From Candidatus Binatia bacterium (GTDB taxonomy: Bacteria; Desulfobacterota; Binatia; UBA9968): 26,879 bases of DNA. The stretch spans positions 1 through 26,879 of the forward strand of contig JBFJNS010000001.1 in the NCBI GenBank assembly GCA_041618055.1, read 5' to 3'. The position numbers and the translations under genes were made by a program. Each line of letters starts with the position of its first letter. The first letter of the stretch is position 1. The notes below the pieces were generated by a model, which made no database searches, was not told where the DNA came from, and was given only the letters and a program-made list of their open reading frames with translations. Below are positions 1 to 9,513 of this stretch, one piece after another.

Positions 1-233
1 AGGCCGCCCCGCTTGGAGAGCTGGCGGGCTCTCAGCCGCCGGCGTCCCAGCCTTTCGCTCCACAGGGGAGCGAGTTCACAGTGGGCCGACCCGGTCACCG
101 GATCTTCATTGATGCCCAGCTTCGGGAAAAAACAACGGCTGACAAAATCCACTTCATCACCGGGACCAGTGGCGACCACGCCGCGCAGGCCGATGCGCTG
201 GAGCTGTGCGAAATCGGGCCGGAGCTGCCGATG
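1..233 (-). pseudogene. PhzF-family (phenazine biosynthesis-like isomerase) C-terminal fragment, 5'-truncated, runs off the window edge
   Basis: Manual translation of the minus strand from 233 gives HRQLRPDFAQLQRIGLRGVVATGPGDEVDFVSRCFFPKLGINEDPVTGSAHCELAPLWSERLGRRRLRARQLSKRGG, with the PhzF hallmark EDPVTGSAHC and ARQLSxRGG. An in-frame TAG (234-236) lies directly upstream and nrdJ stops at 266, leaving no room for the N-terminal half. Not in the ORF track. Confidence 0.8.
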
Positions 234-265
234 CTAGATTGGCTGCCGCTATTGGGGAAACTGCC

Positions 266-3028
266 TCATGAACAACCGCTGACCGCCCCGCAATTCATGC
301 ATTTGTAACAGGCCCCGCTGCGAATCATGATTGCACCGCAGTCAGGGCATGGCGGAGCATCTTGCTGATACAGACTTGTAACACTGCTGATGCTCGAGAC
401 CGGCGCCCCCCCCCGCGGCGCCTGAGAGGCGATGGGAACGACTTTCTTGGCACGACCCGCGTCCCGCGGTTCGTGCTGTACGATGCCGACTTCTTCCTGA
501 GCGTCGCCATCGAGAAACTTCGTCGCGAGCCAGCGGAAAATATAGTCCATAATTGACTTCGCCATCGGGATGTCAGGATTCTTAGTGAACCCAGACGGCT
601 CGAACCGCATATGGCTGAACTTGTCCACCAAAACTCGCAACGGAACACCGTACTGCAGGGCCATCGAGATCGCCGTTGCGAAGGAATCCATCAGCCCGGA
701 AATCGTCGAGCCTTCCTTAGACATAGTGATAAAGATCTCTCCAGGCTGCCCATCTTCGTACATACCGACCGTGATATAGCCCTCATGACCCGCGATATCG
801 AACTTGTGCGTAATGGATTTTCTCTCATCGGGAAGTTTGCGCCGCAGAGGTCGAGGCTCCTTGGCGTCGCTCGCAGCAACTTTGTTGTCTTGCTTTTCCC
901 TGGAGGTATTAAGCGGCTGGGTTCGCTTCGAGCCATCACGGTAAATCGCCACGGCTTTAAGTCCGAGCTTCCAGGATTCCACATAGGCCAGCATGATTTC
1001 GTCGACGGTGATGTCCGTGGGCATATTGATCGTCTTGGAGATGGCGCCAGAGATGAACGGCTGGACCGCCCCCATCATCTTCACGTGCCCCATGTAATGA
1101 ATAGACCGACTGCCGTTGGCCGGCTTGAAGGCACAATCAAACACCGCCAGATCTTCGTCTTTGAGGTGCGGCGCCCCCTCGATGGTTTCGTGCTCGTCAA
1201 TGTGTTCGACGATCTCTTGAATCTGTCTGACGTCATAACCAAGGCGCCTGAGCGCACGCGGCACGGTGTTGTTAACGATTTTCAAGAGTCCACCGCCGAC
1301 CAGCTTTTTGTATTTGATTAGGGCGATATCTGGCTCGACTCCAGTGGTATCGCAGTCCATCATAAAGGCGATGGTCCCCGTTGGCGCCAGCACGGAAATC
1401 TGAGAATTCCTCACCCCATGGTTCTCGGCTTCGGTACAAGCTTGATCCCACGCTTCCCTGGCCGCCGTGAGCAAATCCAACGGCACATGGGACGGGGAGA
1501 TTTTGTAGGCTTGGGTGCGATGCTTGTTGAGCACGCGCAGCATAGGCTGGCGGTTGACATCGAAACCGGCAAAAGGCTTCGTCGCCGCGGCAACAAGCGC
1601 CGATTGTAAATATCCTTCTCCCGACATCAGCGCGGTCACCGCCGCCGCATAGGCTCTGCCCGCATCGGAATCGTAGGGCAAACCCAGTGACATCAGCAGC
1701 GCCCCGAGATTGGCGTACCCCAAGCCCAGCTCGCGAAAGGCATTGGCGTTAGCCGCGATCTCCTGGGTCGGATAGGAAGAATTGTCGACCAAAATATCCT
1801 GCGCCAAGATAATGACGTCCACCGCACGCTGGAAGGCTTCGGTATCAAACACCCCGTCCTCGCGCAGAAACTTCAGCAGATTCAAGGACGCGAGGTTACA
1901 GGCAGAATTGTCAAGATGCATATATTCGGAGCAGGGATTGGAAGCGTTAATTCGCGCCGTGTTCGAGCAGGTATGCCAGTCATTGATCGTACCATCGTAT
2001 TGCATTCCTGGATCGCCGCAAAAATAGGTGCTTTCCGCTATCATGCGGAGGAGATCCCGTGCCTTGTATGTGCCGCAGACCTCTCCTGATGTGACATAGC
2101 GAGTTTTCCACTCCCGGTCCTCATCCACTGCCTGCATAAACTCGTCGGTGACACGAACCGAGTTGTTGGCATTTTGGAAAAAGACACTGCCATAGGCTGG
2201 ACCATCCAAGCTTGCATCGTATCCGGCCTCGATCAGCGCCCATGCCTTTTTTTCTTCTTCAACCTTGCATTTGATGAATTCCTCAATATCCGGGTGGTCC
2301 ACATTGAGCACCACCATCTTTGCCGCCCGCCGCGTCTTTCCCCCCGACTTGATGACACCGGCAGAGGCGTCGGCGGCCTTCATAAACGACACCGGGCCCG
2401 ATGGCGTGCCACCCCCGGCCAATTGCTCTTTTGACGAGCGGATTTTGGACAGATTGACACCAGACCCAGAGCCGCCTTTGAAGATAATGCCCTCCTTGCG
2501 GTACCAATCCAAGATCGACTCCATGGTGTCATCCACCGATAAAATGAAACAGGCCGAACACTGCGGCCTTTCTTCGATGCCGCAGTTGAACCAAACCGGG
2601 CTGTTAAAAGAGGCTTTCTGATTCACCAGAATATGCGTCAATTCATCTTGGAAGGTCAGCGCATCCTTTTCGCTGGCAAAGTATCCGTCTTTCCTGCCCC
2701 ATCGGGTGATCGTATCGACGACGCGCCCGATCATCTGGCGTACACTGTACTCCCGTTGAGGGCTACCCAGTGGGCCACGAAAGTACTTTGAAACCACGAC
2801 ATTGGTGGCCATCTGCGACCACGCCTTTGGAATCTCGACCTCCGCCTGTTCAAAAACGACTTTGCCCTTTTCGTTAGTGATTGACGCGACACGCAGCTCC
2901 CACTCTATTTCATCATAGGGGCTCACCCCCGCCTGGGTGAAAAAGCGCTCTACACTTATGCCGGTTTTCCGCCCCAAATCCTCATGGCTGGCACTAAAAT
3001 CGGTCACTTGTGACTTTATGGTAGCCAT
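266..3028 (-). CDS. nrdJ: Vitamin B12-dependent (class II) ribonucleotide reductase, 920 aa, with C-terminal TSCPD-like domain and Zn-ribbon
   Basis: Motifs FNSPVWFN, QCSACFI, TNPC-like SNPCSEY (thiyl Cys), LAPTGTI, GAISKTIN, AIYRDGSK, and C-terminal CPDCG...CYKCMNCG. Purine-rich RBS upstream. Confidence 0.96.
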   Translation of the reverse strand: MATIKSQVTDFSASHEDLGRKTGISVERFFTQAGVSPYDEIEWELRVASITNEKGKVVFEQAEVEIPKAWSQMATNVVVSKYFRGPLGSPQREYSVRQMIGRVVDTITRWGRKDGYFASEKDALTFQDELTHILVNQKASFNSPVWFNCGIEERPQCSACFILSVDDTMESILDWYRKEGIIFKGGSGSGVNLSKIRSSKEQLAGGGTPSGPVSFMKAADASAGVIKSGGKTRRAAKMVVLNVDHPDIEEFIKCKVEEEKKAWALIEAGYDASLDGPAYGSVFFQNANNSVRVTDEFMQAVDEDREWKTRYVTSGEVCGTYKARDLLRMIAESTYFCGDPGMQYDGTINDWHTCSNTARINASNPCSEYMHLDNSACNLASLNLLKFLREDGVFDTEAFQRAVDVIILAQDILVDNSSYPTQEIAANANAFRELGLGYANLGALLMSLGLPYDSDAGRAYAAAVTALMSGEGYLQSALVAAATKPFAGFDVNRQPMLRVLNKHRTQAYKISPSHVPLDLLTAAREAWDQACTEAENHGVRNSQISVLAPTGTIAFMMDCDTTGVEPDIALIKYKKLVGGGLLKIVNNTVPRALRRLGYDVRQIQEIVEHIDEHETIEGAPHLKDEDLAVFDCAFKPANGSRSIHYMGHVKMMGAVQPFISGAISKTINMPTDITVDEIMLAYVESWKLGLKAVAIYRDGSKRTQPLNTSREKQDNKVAASDAKEPRPLRRKLPDERKSITHKFDIAGHEGYITVGMYEDGQPGEIFITMSKEGSTISGLMDSFATAISMALQYGVPLRVLVDKFSHMRFEPSGFTKNPDIPMAKSIMDYIFRWLATKFLDGDAQEEVGIVQHEPRDAGRAKKVVPIASQAPRGGAPVSSISSVTSLYQQDAPPCPDCGAIMIRSGACYKCMNCGAVSGCS

Positions 3029-3056
3029 CGTGCCCTCTCCCCCTTCCCGGACAAAT

Positions 3057-3104
3057 CTTCAATATATAGTATGCTAAATTAAGGGAATGTACTAGATTTT
3101 GTAT
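3057..3104. promoter_or_regulatory. Tandem NrdR boxes upstream of nrdJ
   Basis: CAATATATAGT (3060-3070) and CTAGATTTTGT (3092-3102) match the core of the NrdR consensus acaCwAtATaTwGtgt and are 32 bp apart, the usual tandem spacing. TTGACA on the minus strand at 3127-3132 suggests an overlapping promoter. Confidence 0.8.
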
Positions 3105-3262
3105 TGGTAAAGGTTTTGAAGAATTTTGTCAAGAAAAATTTTGCCGCCTGGGAATGCCTTTGATTTTCTTGCTCTTTTGCCGCCCGAAGGGGACGGATGA
3201 TGACAAGAAAACCCGTGGAGTAGCGAATCGATTTTTGCTAGACTGCCCTCCAGCTAAACCCG

Positions 3263-3736
3263 ATGGCCCGCAAAGACAGACAAATCGAACGAATCGGCGC
3301 CGTTCTGGAGCAATCTTTGAGGCGCTTCGATCTCTCCGGTCGGCTAGACGAATACGGCGTCTGGCCGATTTGGAACGACGTCGTAGGTGCAACCGTCGCG
3401 CGCAATGCACAGCCCGAAAAGATACGTAACGGGACTCTGTTTGTGCAGGTAACCAGCCCTGTTTGGATGCAGCAGTTGCAGTTTATGAAAGACATGATCG
3501 TGGAGAAGCTCAATCAGAAGCTCGGGGCGGATATCGTCAGAAAGATTTTCTTCGTCGTAGGCCGGGTCGAGGCCGCAGCCGAAAGACAACCAGCACATCT
3601 TGGCAGAAGCGAAGAAACAGTTGCCGCCGAAGCCCAATTGGACGCGCAATTTCTCGACTCCATCCGGGATCCCGATATTCGCAAAGCCTTTCAAAGGCTG
3701 CTGAACAGCTACTCTCGTCGCCGCAGGAAAAGCTAA
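3263..3736 (+). CDS. dciA: DUF721/DciA family protein (putative helicase-loading factor)
   Basis: W..VVG..VARNAQPEKIRNGTLFVQVTSPVWMQQLQFMK..IVEKLN pattern typical of DUF721, with a basic C-terminal tail. Confidence 0.8.
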   Translation: MARKDRQIERIGAVLEQSLRRFDLSGRLDEYGVWPIWNDVVGATVARNAQPEKIRNGTLFVQVTSPVWMQQLQFMKDMIVEKLNQKLGADIVRKIFFVVGRVEAAAERQPAHLGRSEETVAAEAQLDAQFLDSIRDPDIRKAFQRLLNSYSRRRRKS

Positions 3737-3790
3737 ATCGCAACATCCGATGACTCGTTATGGCGCGAATCCCACCCGCCCACAACTCCG

Positions 3791-4555
3791 CTACCGCGGC
3801 GGCGCGGCAGACGGCTTCGCGCCAACCCCGTCCAACATGCGTCGTACTTCCGCCGTATAAACACTTTTCTGCTCATAGACCACGAGCGGCGCAAGAATCT
3901 CTATTCCCGCCCGTCCGCCCTTGACGCCTTCAACCAACACCATCGTCGCCTCGCCAGTAACGAAAGAATGAACCATTCTCAAGCGTTTGGGTTCAATCTT
4001 GTTCGACCGCATTGCCGTCAGCATGTCGACGCAACGCAGCGCAGAGTAGATGAGCGCCAGTCTTCCCTTTGGAGGCAAAAGGTAAGCAGCCGACCGGACA
4101 AAATCCTGCAGCGTGGCTTTGGTCTCGTGGCGCGCAATCTGCCTTTCTGAATTCCTGCTTAGGCGACCACTGCTGGAAGGACGGTAAGGTGGATTACTGA
4201 CCACGACTTCGAAGCTCTCAGGCGCAAAATGATCCGGCACCGCACACACATCAAGACAAGCGATGCGCACTTGCCTGTCAAATCGATTTAGCCGCACACC
4301 CTCAGCGGCTCGCGCAACCATGCCTTTCTGAAGCTCCACCGCCGTAATCGACAACGATGGATACAGGAAGGCCAGAATCAGGGAAAGAACACCGTTCCCC
4401 GTGCCCAAATCCATTACTTTTTCTCCGCCGCGCACGGCAGCAAAATGGGCCAGCAAGACTGAATCGATAGAGACCCGATAACCCTCACGGCTTTGAACAA
4501 TTTTGATTTTTCCGCCGAACAGCGCATCTACGGTTTCATCATTCTTTTGCAGCAC
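3791..4555 (-). CDS. trmN6: tRNA1(Val) (adenine(37)-N6)-methyltransferase family, SAM-dependent
   Basis: YRVSIDSVLLAHF, SAM motif MDLGTGNG, N6-MTase motif SNPPY, ARHE, and KRLRMVH...MVLVEG. Confidence 0.85.
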   Translation of the reverse strand: MLQKNDETVDALFGGKIKIVQSREGYRVSIDSVLLAHFAAVRGGEKVMDLGTGNGVLSLILAFLYPSLSITAVELQKGMVARAAEGVRLNRFDRQVRIACLDVCAVPDHFAPESFEVVVSNPPYRPSSSGRLSRNSERQIARHETKATLQDFVRSAAYLLPPKGRLALIYSALRCVDMLTAMRSNKIEPKRLRMVHSFVTGEATMVLVEGVKGGRAGIEILAPLVVYEQKSVYTAEVRRMLDGVGAKPSAAPPR

Positions 4556-4686
4556 AGCTTATCCCCCAGGATGATTTTGCAGCGGATGCGGTCTTGAAGT
4601 ATGACCCTGCTGGCATTTTCTCCCACGCGCGGGTTGCCTCAATGGTCGCCTTGCAAACATGAACACTTTTCTATATTTAAATCCAA

Positions 4687-5484
4687 ATGTCTCGGACTTC
4701 TTCAACACAAACCATGGTGAATTTACTTGGCCAAACCGGCCGCTTTACACTTGACCAGTTAGCGGGTTTGGGGAAAATGTTTCTCTTCCTGATCACGGCC
4801 GTGTTATTGGCCTTTCGCCCCCCAGCTAAAATTCGGCTTATTATTTATCACATCAAGACGATTGGTTTGGATTCGCTCTCGGTTGTCGTCTTGTCCGGAT
4901 TTTTCACCGGTATGGTCATGGGGTTTCAAGGCTACTATAGCCTAAGGAAGTTCAATGCCGAAAGCTGGCTCGGGTCGGCGACGGCCCTAGGCCTGTTGCG
5001 TGAACTGGGTCCGGTTCTGTCAGCATTTATGGTGACGGGGCGAACGGGCTCTGCGATGGCTGCGGAACTCGGAACGATGCGCGCTACGGAGCAGATCGAT
5101 GCGCTTTATTCCATGGCCATTAATCCCGTCAAATATTTAGTTTCTCCTCGTATTATTGTCAGTCTCATCGCAATGCCTTTGCTCACTGCTATATTCGATT
5201 CCGTAGGTATTTATGGGTCTTATTTAGTCGGTGTCGGGCTTTTAGGCGTCAGTTCGGGTAGCTTCTTTGCCGGCATCGAGAACAGCGTAGTTTTCAACGA
5301 TGTCTACAGCGGTTTTGTCAAATCCGTTTGGTTCGGTCTGATCATCACCTGGATCTGTTGCTACAAAGGATTTCACGCGCCCCCCATGGCTACCGGCGTT
5401 AGCCAGGCAACTACTGAGTCGGTAGTCCTATCTTTTGTTATCATCCTCGTGTGGGATTATTTTCTGACTTCAATCATGCTGTGA
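4687..5484 (+). CDS. mlaE: MlaE lipid asymmetry ABC transporter permease
   Basis: LLRELGPVLSAFMVTGRTGSAMAAELGTMRATEQIDAL signature and multiple TM segments. Alternative start ATG 4714. Confidence 0.93.
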   Translation: MSRTSSTQTMVNLLGQTGRFTLDQLAGLGKMFLFLITAVLLAFRPPAKIRLIIYHIKTIGLDSLSVVVLSGFFTGMVMGFQGYYSLRKFNAESWLGSATALGLLRELGPVLSAFMVTGRTGSAMAAELGTMRATEQIDALYSMAINPVKYLVSPRIIVSLIAMPLLTAIFDSVGIYGSYLVGVGLLGVSSGSFFAGIENSVVFNDVYSGFVKSVWFGLIITWICCYKGFHAPPMATGVSQATTESVVLSFVIILVWDYFLTSIML

Positions 5485-5488
5485 TTTA

Positions 5489-6235
5489 ATGATCAGGGTC
5501 ACCAATCTGTACAAAAGCTTTGGGAGGCAAAGAGTCCTCAACGGGGTAAACCTCGAGTTTGCGACCGGGAAGATCACGACGATCGTGGGAACGAGCGGTT
5601 GTGGGAAAACAGTCCTGCTAAAGCACCTCAACGCCCTCATGCTGCCCGACCGTGGTGAAGTTTTCGTGGACGGAGTCGATTTAACCAAACTGCGCCAAAA
5701 GGAACTCTACGAGATTCGCGGAAAGTTTGGGGTTCTTTTCCAGGGTGCGGCACTGCTTGATTCTATGACCGTATTTGACAATGTCGCCTTTCCCTTAAGG
5801 GAGAAAACCAAAACGAAGGAAAGCGAGATTGCGAAAAAAGTCGAGGAGCGATTGGAACAGGTGGGGCTGGGCGGAATGGGGACCAAACTTCCTGCGGAAC
5901 TCAGTGGTGGAATGAAAAAAAGGGCCGGGCTAGCCCGCGCCTTGATTATGGACCCGGAGATCGTTTTATTTGACGAACCTACAACCGGCTTGGATCCAGT
6001 CCTGGCAACCAGCATCCATCAACTCATTGCGCGAACTCAGGAAGCTTTTGGTTTTACGGGAGTTCTCGTCAGCCACACGATCCCCCAGGTCTTTGACATC
6101 TCTGACCACATCGCTATGCTCGCCAACGGGGTCATCGAGGAGGTAAGCCCGCCGGAGAGTTTCCGCGCCTCTCAAAATCCGGTTGTGCAACAGTTTATTC
6201 AGGGAAAGACTGAGGGTCCGATTCAAGTCCTTTAG
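5489..6235 (+). CDS. mlaF: MlaF ABC ATP-binding subunit
   Basis: Walker A GTSGCGKT, signature LSGGMKKRAGLARAL, Walker B LFDEPTTGLDP. Confidence 0.93.
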   Translation: MIRVTNLYKSFGRQRVLNGVNLEFATGKITTIVGTSGCGKTVLLKHLNALMLPDRGEVFVDGVDLTKLRQKELYEIRGKFGVLFQGAALLDSMTVFDNVAFPLREKTKTKESEIAKKVEERLEQVGLGGMGTKLPAELSGGMKKRAGLARALIMDPEIVLFDEPTTGLDPVLATSIHQLIARTQEAFGFTGVLVSHTIPQVFDISDHIAMLANGVIEEVSPPESFRASQNPVVQQFIQGKTEGPIQVL

Positions 6236-6246
6236 GAGAAGTAAAA

Positions 6247-6705
6247 GTGAATCAATCACGAACTGACATACTCGTCGGCGTCTTTGTCCTCCTGGGAATC
6301 GTATGCCTTGGCTATTTAGCCATAAACCTCGGGAAACTGGAGTTGTTCGGCAACACGGGCTACGCGGTTTTCGCTGATTTTGCCTCCGTGGCGGGACTCA
6401 AAATCGGTGACCCTGTTGAAATTGCCGGCGTCAGAGTCGGCAAGGTTGAATCCATCGGGTTGGTGGACGACAACGCCCGCGTTACCTTGCGCGTGGAGCC
6501 GCAGGTTAAGTTGCAGGAGGACGTCATCGCTTCTGTGCGGGCACGGGGGCTTATCGGCGATAAATTTATATTGATCAGCCCTGGGGCTTCGGATAAAATA
6601 ATCTCGCCCGGTGGGAAAATTCGTGATACCGAATCACCGCCGGACATTACGGATTTGATTGGCAAGGTTGTGGGCGGAGATCTAACATCGAAGCCAGAAA
6701 AATAG
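6247..6705 (+). CDS. mlaD: MlaD MCE-domain protein
   Basis: N-terminal TM helix, GLKIGDPVEIAGVRVGKV and GLIGDKFILISPG. GTG start with AGGAG RBS. Confidence 0.92.
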   Translation: MNQSRTDILVGVFVLLGIVCLGYLAINLGKLELFGNTGYAVFADFASVAGLKIGDPVEIAGVRVGKVESIGLVDDNARVTLRVEPQVKLQEDVIASVRARGLIGDKFILISPGASDKIISPGGKIRDTESPPDITDLIGKVVGGDLTSKPEK

Positions 6706-6712
6706 GGCAAAA

Positions 6713-7342
6713 ATGTCTCATAATGGACGGGGCTCATCCAAATTTGTCGGCTGGTTTTTCATCGTCGTTCCACTGATATTACCCTCTCTATGTTTAGCTG
6801 GCGGCGCTACAGACCAGATTAGGATGACGGTGGACAAAGCGCTGGTCGTGCTTAAGGATCCGCGGCTCAAAACTGCGGCAAAGGCAACTGAGCGTCGTGA
6901 GCAGCTAAGACAGATTTTATTCGCGCGCTTTGATTTCGCTGAGATGGCCAAGCGTTCCCTCGGTAGCAACTGGCGCCGCCGTACCCCGAGAGAACAGGAA
7001 GAATTCGTCCGCTTGTTTACGGAACTGCTCGAGCGAGCTTACAGCGACACGATCGAATCTTACACGGATGAGAAAATTGTTTACCTGGGCGAAAAGCTGG
7101 ACGGCAGCTACGCCGAGGTCAACAGCAGGATCATTACCAGCAAAGGGCAGGAGTTCACTATTGACTACAAGTCCCGATTGGTCGGCAACGAATGGAAGGT
7201 CTACGACGTCGTTATCGAGAATGTCAGTATGGTCAATAATTTTCGCTCCCAGTTCAACCGGGTCATCAACAATTCTTCCTACGAAGAACTAATTCGGAGA
7301 CTTAAAGAAAAACAAGCCGACGTCAATAGCGTCAAACACTAA
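6713..7342 (+). CDS. mlaC: MlaC/Ttg2D periplasmic phospholipid-binding protein
   Basis: Signal-like N-terminus, FDFAEMAKRSLG..WR, WKVYDVVIENVSMVNNFRSQF. Last gene of the mla operon. Confidence 0.9.
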   Translation: MSHNGRGSSKFVGWFFIVVPLILPSLCLAGGATDQIRMTVDKALVVLKDPRLKTAAKATERREQLRQILFARFDFAEMAKRSLGSNWRRRTPREQEEFVRLFTELLERAYSDTIESYTDEKIVYLGEKLDGSYAEVNSRIITSKGQEFTIDYKSRLVGNEWKVYDVVIENVSMVNNFRSQFNRVINNSSYEELIRRLKEKQADVNSVKH

Positions 7343-7402
7343 TATCCAATTTCATCCGTTCCCCACTACACCGTCGCCGCGATTGCCCCGGCATTTCTAT
7401 CT

Positions 7403-7436
7403 GACGGTCTCTTTCATGACAGACCGTCGCCTTTTT
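7403..7436 (+). terminator. Putative intrinsic terminator after mlaC
   Basis: GACGGTCT (7403-7410) and AGACCGTC (7421-7428) form an 8-bp stem, followed by GCCTTTTT. Confidence 0.5.
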
Positions 7437-7693
7437 ATGCCATCAAAGTCGGTGCGCCTGCAGCAGCGATCAATGCGAAGAACGTAAGCGGCAAACTCGG
7501 CTTGAAAAAACATCATGTTGGGCTGGGGAAGGATTTTTTTGTGAGCTCGATAACGAGCTCACTTTCATGGGGCGAACGCCGGTAGTTAAGAGGCAGATCT
7601 GATTTTGCCTTGACTCGGTTGACCGATCCGCTGTATCCACGGTGCTGGGACTCATGACAGGACATGGTTTAAAATTGCGACTCGGATGAGGCG

Positions 7694-8926
7694 ATGACTC
7701 AATCATATGATCTCACGATTCTCGGCGGAGGGATTATTGGCTTGGCCACAGCGATGAGAATCGCTAAGGCCTATCCGCGCACGGCGCTACTGATCCTGGA
7801 GAAGGAACCTCGAATCGCATGCCACCAGACCGGTCACAACAGCGGGGTCATCCACTCGGGGATCTATTACAAGCCGGGATCGCTGAAAGCCCGAACCTGC
7901 GTCGCAGGGCGCAAGGCTCTACTAGAGTTCTGCTCTCAACATGCCGTTCCCTATGAACTCTGCGGCAAGGTGATCGTGGCCACTTCGGACGAAGAATTGC
8001 CGCGCCTCGAGGAGCTTCATCGCCGCGGCGTAGCCAACGGACTTGAAGGGGTGGAGATGATCGGCCCCGAACGGCTTAGAGAGATCGAACCCAACGCCGC
8101 CGGCGTCAAAGCGCTCTACGTGCCGGCAACGGGTATTATTGACTACACCAGGGTCGCCGAAGCCTATGCTAACGAGATCCGCGCGGCTGGGGGCGAGATC
8201 CGCACTTCAAGCCGAGCCATTGGAATCATCAAAGGCCGGGGCGAGATCATCATCCAATCCGCCAGTGGAGATTACCGCACGAGCCATCTGATCAACTGCT
8301 GCGGCCTCCAATCCGATCTGATCGCCAAAACAATGGGTACCGGCGATGGCGAAGCGCCGGCGGAGGAGCACCGAATCATTCCTTTTCGCGGCGAGTATTA
8401 CCAAGTGACAGCGGAGAAACACCACCTGGTGCGGAACCTCATTTATCCCGTTCCCGACCCCGCTTTCCCATTTCTGGGGGTTCATTTTACGCGCATGATC
8501 AACGGCGGCGTCGAGGCCGGCCCTAACGCCGTGCTGGCCTTCGCCCGAGAGGGTTATCATAAAACCGATCTTAGCATCGGGGACCTTTGGAGCACTCTGT
8601 CCTACAGAGGGTTTTGGGCGATGGTGGGAAAGTACTGGCAGACGGGGTGCGGCGAATTCTATCGGTCTTTGAGCAAGCGGGCTTTTGTCAAAGCGCTACA
8701 GAAACTGCTCCCCGAAATTAAGGCTGATGACCTGGTTGCGGGCGGGTCGGGTGTACGGGCGCAAGCGGTTTCAGCCAATGGAGCACTAGTCGATGACTTC
8801 GTCATCAAGCAAAGCCGCAATGCGATCCACGTACTGAACGCTCCTTCACCTGGCGCCACCGCTTCCCTCGCCATTGGTCAGTCGATCGCCGAGATGGCGG
8901 CAAAACACTTCGCGTTAAAAAATTAA
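7694..8926 (+). CDS. lhgO: L-2-hydroxyglutarate oxidase (FAD-dependent)
   Basis: GGGIIG FAD motif, HQTGHNSGVIHSGIYYKPGSLKA, PVPDPAFPFLGVHFT, GPNAV, GVRAQA, HVLNAPSPGATASLAIG. Confidence 0.92.
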   Translation: MTQSYDLTILGGGIIGLATAMRIAKAYPRTALLILEKEPRIACHQTGHNSGVIHSGIYYKPGSLKARTCVAGRKALLEFCSQHAVPYELCGKVIVATSDEELPRLEELHRRGVANGLEGVEMIGPERLREIEPNAAGVKALYVPATGIIDYTRVAEAYANEIRAAGGEIRTSSRAIGIIKGRGEIIIQSASGDYRTSHLINCCGLQSDLIAKTMGTGDGEAPAEEHRIIPFRGEYYQVTAEKHHLVRNLIYPVPDPAFPFLGVHFTRMINGGVEAGPNAVLAFAREGYHKTDLSIGDLWSTLSYRGFWAMVGKYWQTGCGEFYRSLSKRAFVKALQKLLPEIKADDLVAGGSGVRAQAVSANGALVDDFVIKQSRNAIHVLNAPSPGATASLAIGQSIAEMAAKHFALKN

Positions 8927-9329
8927 CCCCAAACCGACGGAAACTCACATGACTACGCGGTCAGCGAGACCTGTCTAGCCCTTGCTGCGTTCGGAATGAC
9001 AGACTTCAGATTGCAGATCTCAAACTTGCAATTCGAGATTTGCCAATTGCAATCCCAATCGGCATGCCCACGGTTGTAGGGCTTGCGGGCCGAGCAGCTC
9101 TGAAAAAATGTTGCATTCCGGTTAAATTCACGGCTTGGCTGCGACAGTACGACGGGCGCAGAATTCATCAAAGTGGCCCGCCTGCTCTGCACGGATTCAA
9201 CATGGCATTTCTCTCTGATCCTAACCCCGGACCGTGCACCTGCCCTCGCGCCGCCCAGCCAGGTAAGGTCGCGCGCCGAGCAGAACAACTTCAAAGTAAT
9301 TTTGCGCCCTCAATGATTTCGTCTGTCCC

Positions 9330-9404
9330 AAAATTCCCCCTTCCTTTTTTGCAAAGAAGGGATTTGAAAGCCTCCCTTTGTAAAGGGAGATATAGAGGAA
9401 TTTT
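9330..9404. repeat. REP-like branched palindrome
   Basis: Outer stem AAAATTCC (9330-9337) / GGAATTTT (9397-9404) encloses two hairpins, CCCTT(C)CTTT..AAAGAAGGG and CTCCCTTT-GT-AAAGGGAG. Single copy in this window. Confidence 0.55.
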
Positions 9405-9513
9405 GCTCTGGCTCAAGACGACTTTGGCACAAGCCTGCCCGCCAAGACCTAAACTTGATTTCTCATGACCCCTCATCTATCGTCTTGAAATATTCCATGA
9501 AGGGAAGCGCTTG

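Noticed and set aside
13-308. Plus-strand ORFs 13..237 and 81..308
   Set aside because: Shadows of the minus-strand PhzF fragment and nrdJ end, with no family features.
611-1321. 236-aa antisense ORF inside nrdJ (similarly 19029..19790 inside the ligase)
   Set aside because: Fully antisense to well-supported genes in GC-rich sequence, with no recognisable motifs.
266-3028. Intein or intron in nrdJ
   Set aside because: Catalytic motifs follow at normal spacing in a continuous 920-aa ORF, with no splice-junction or LAGLIDADG motifs seen.
7665-7678. Sigma54-like TGG...TTGC upstream of lhgO
   Set aside because: GG-to-GC spacing is 9 nt rather than the required 10.
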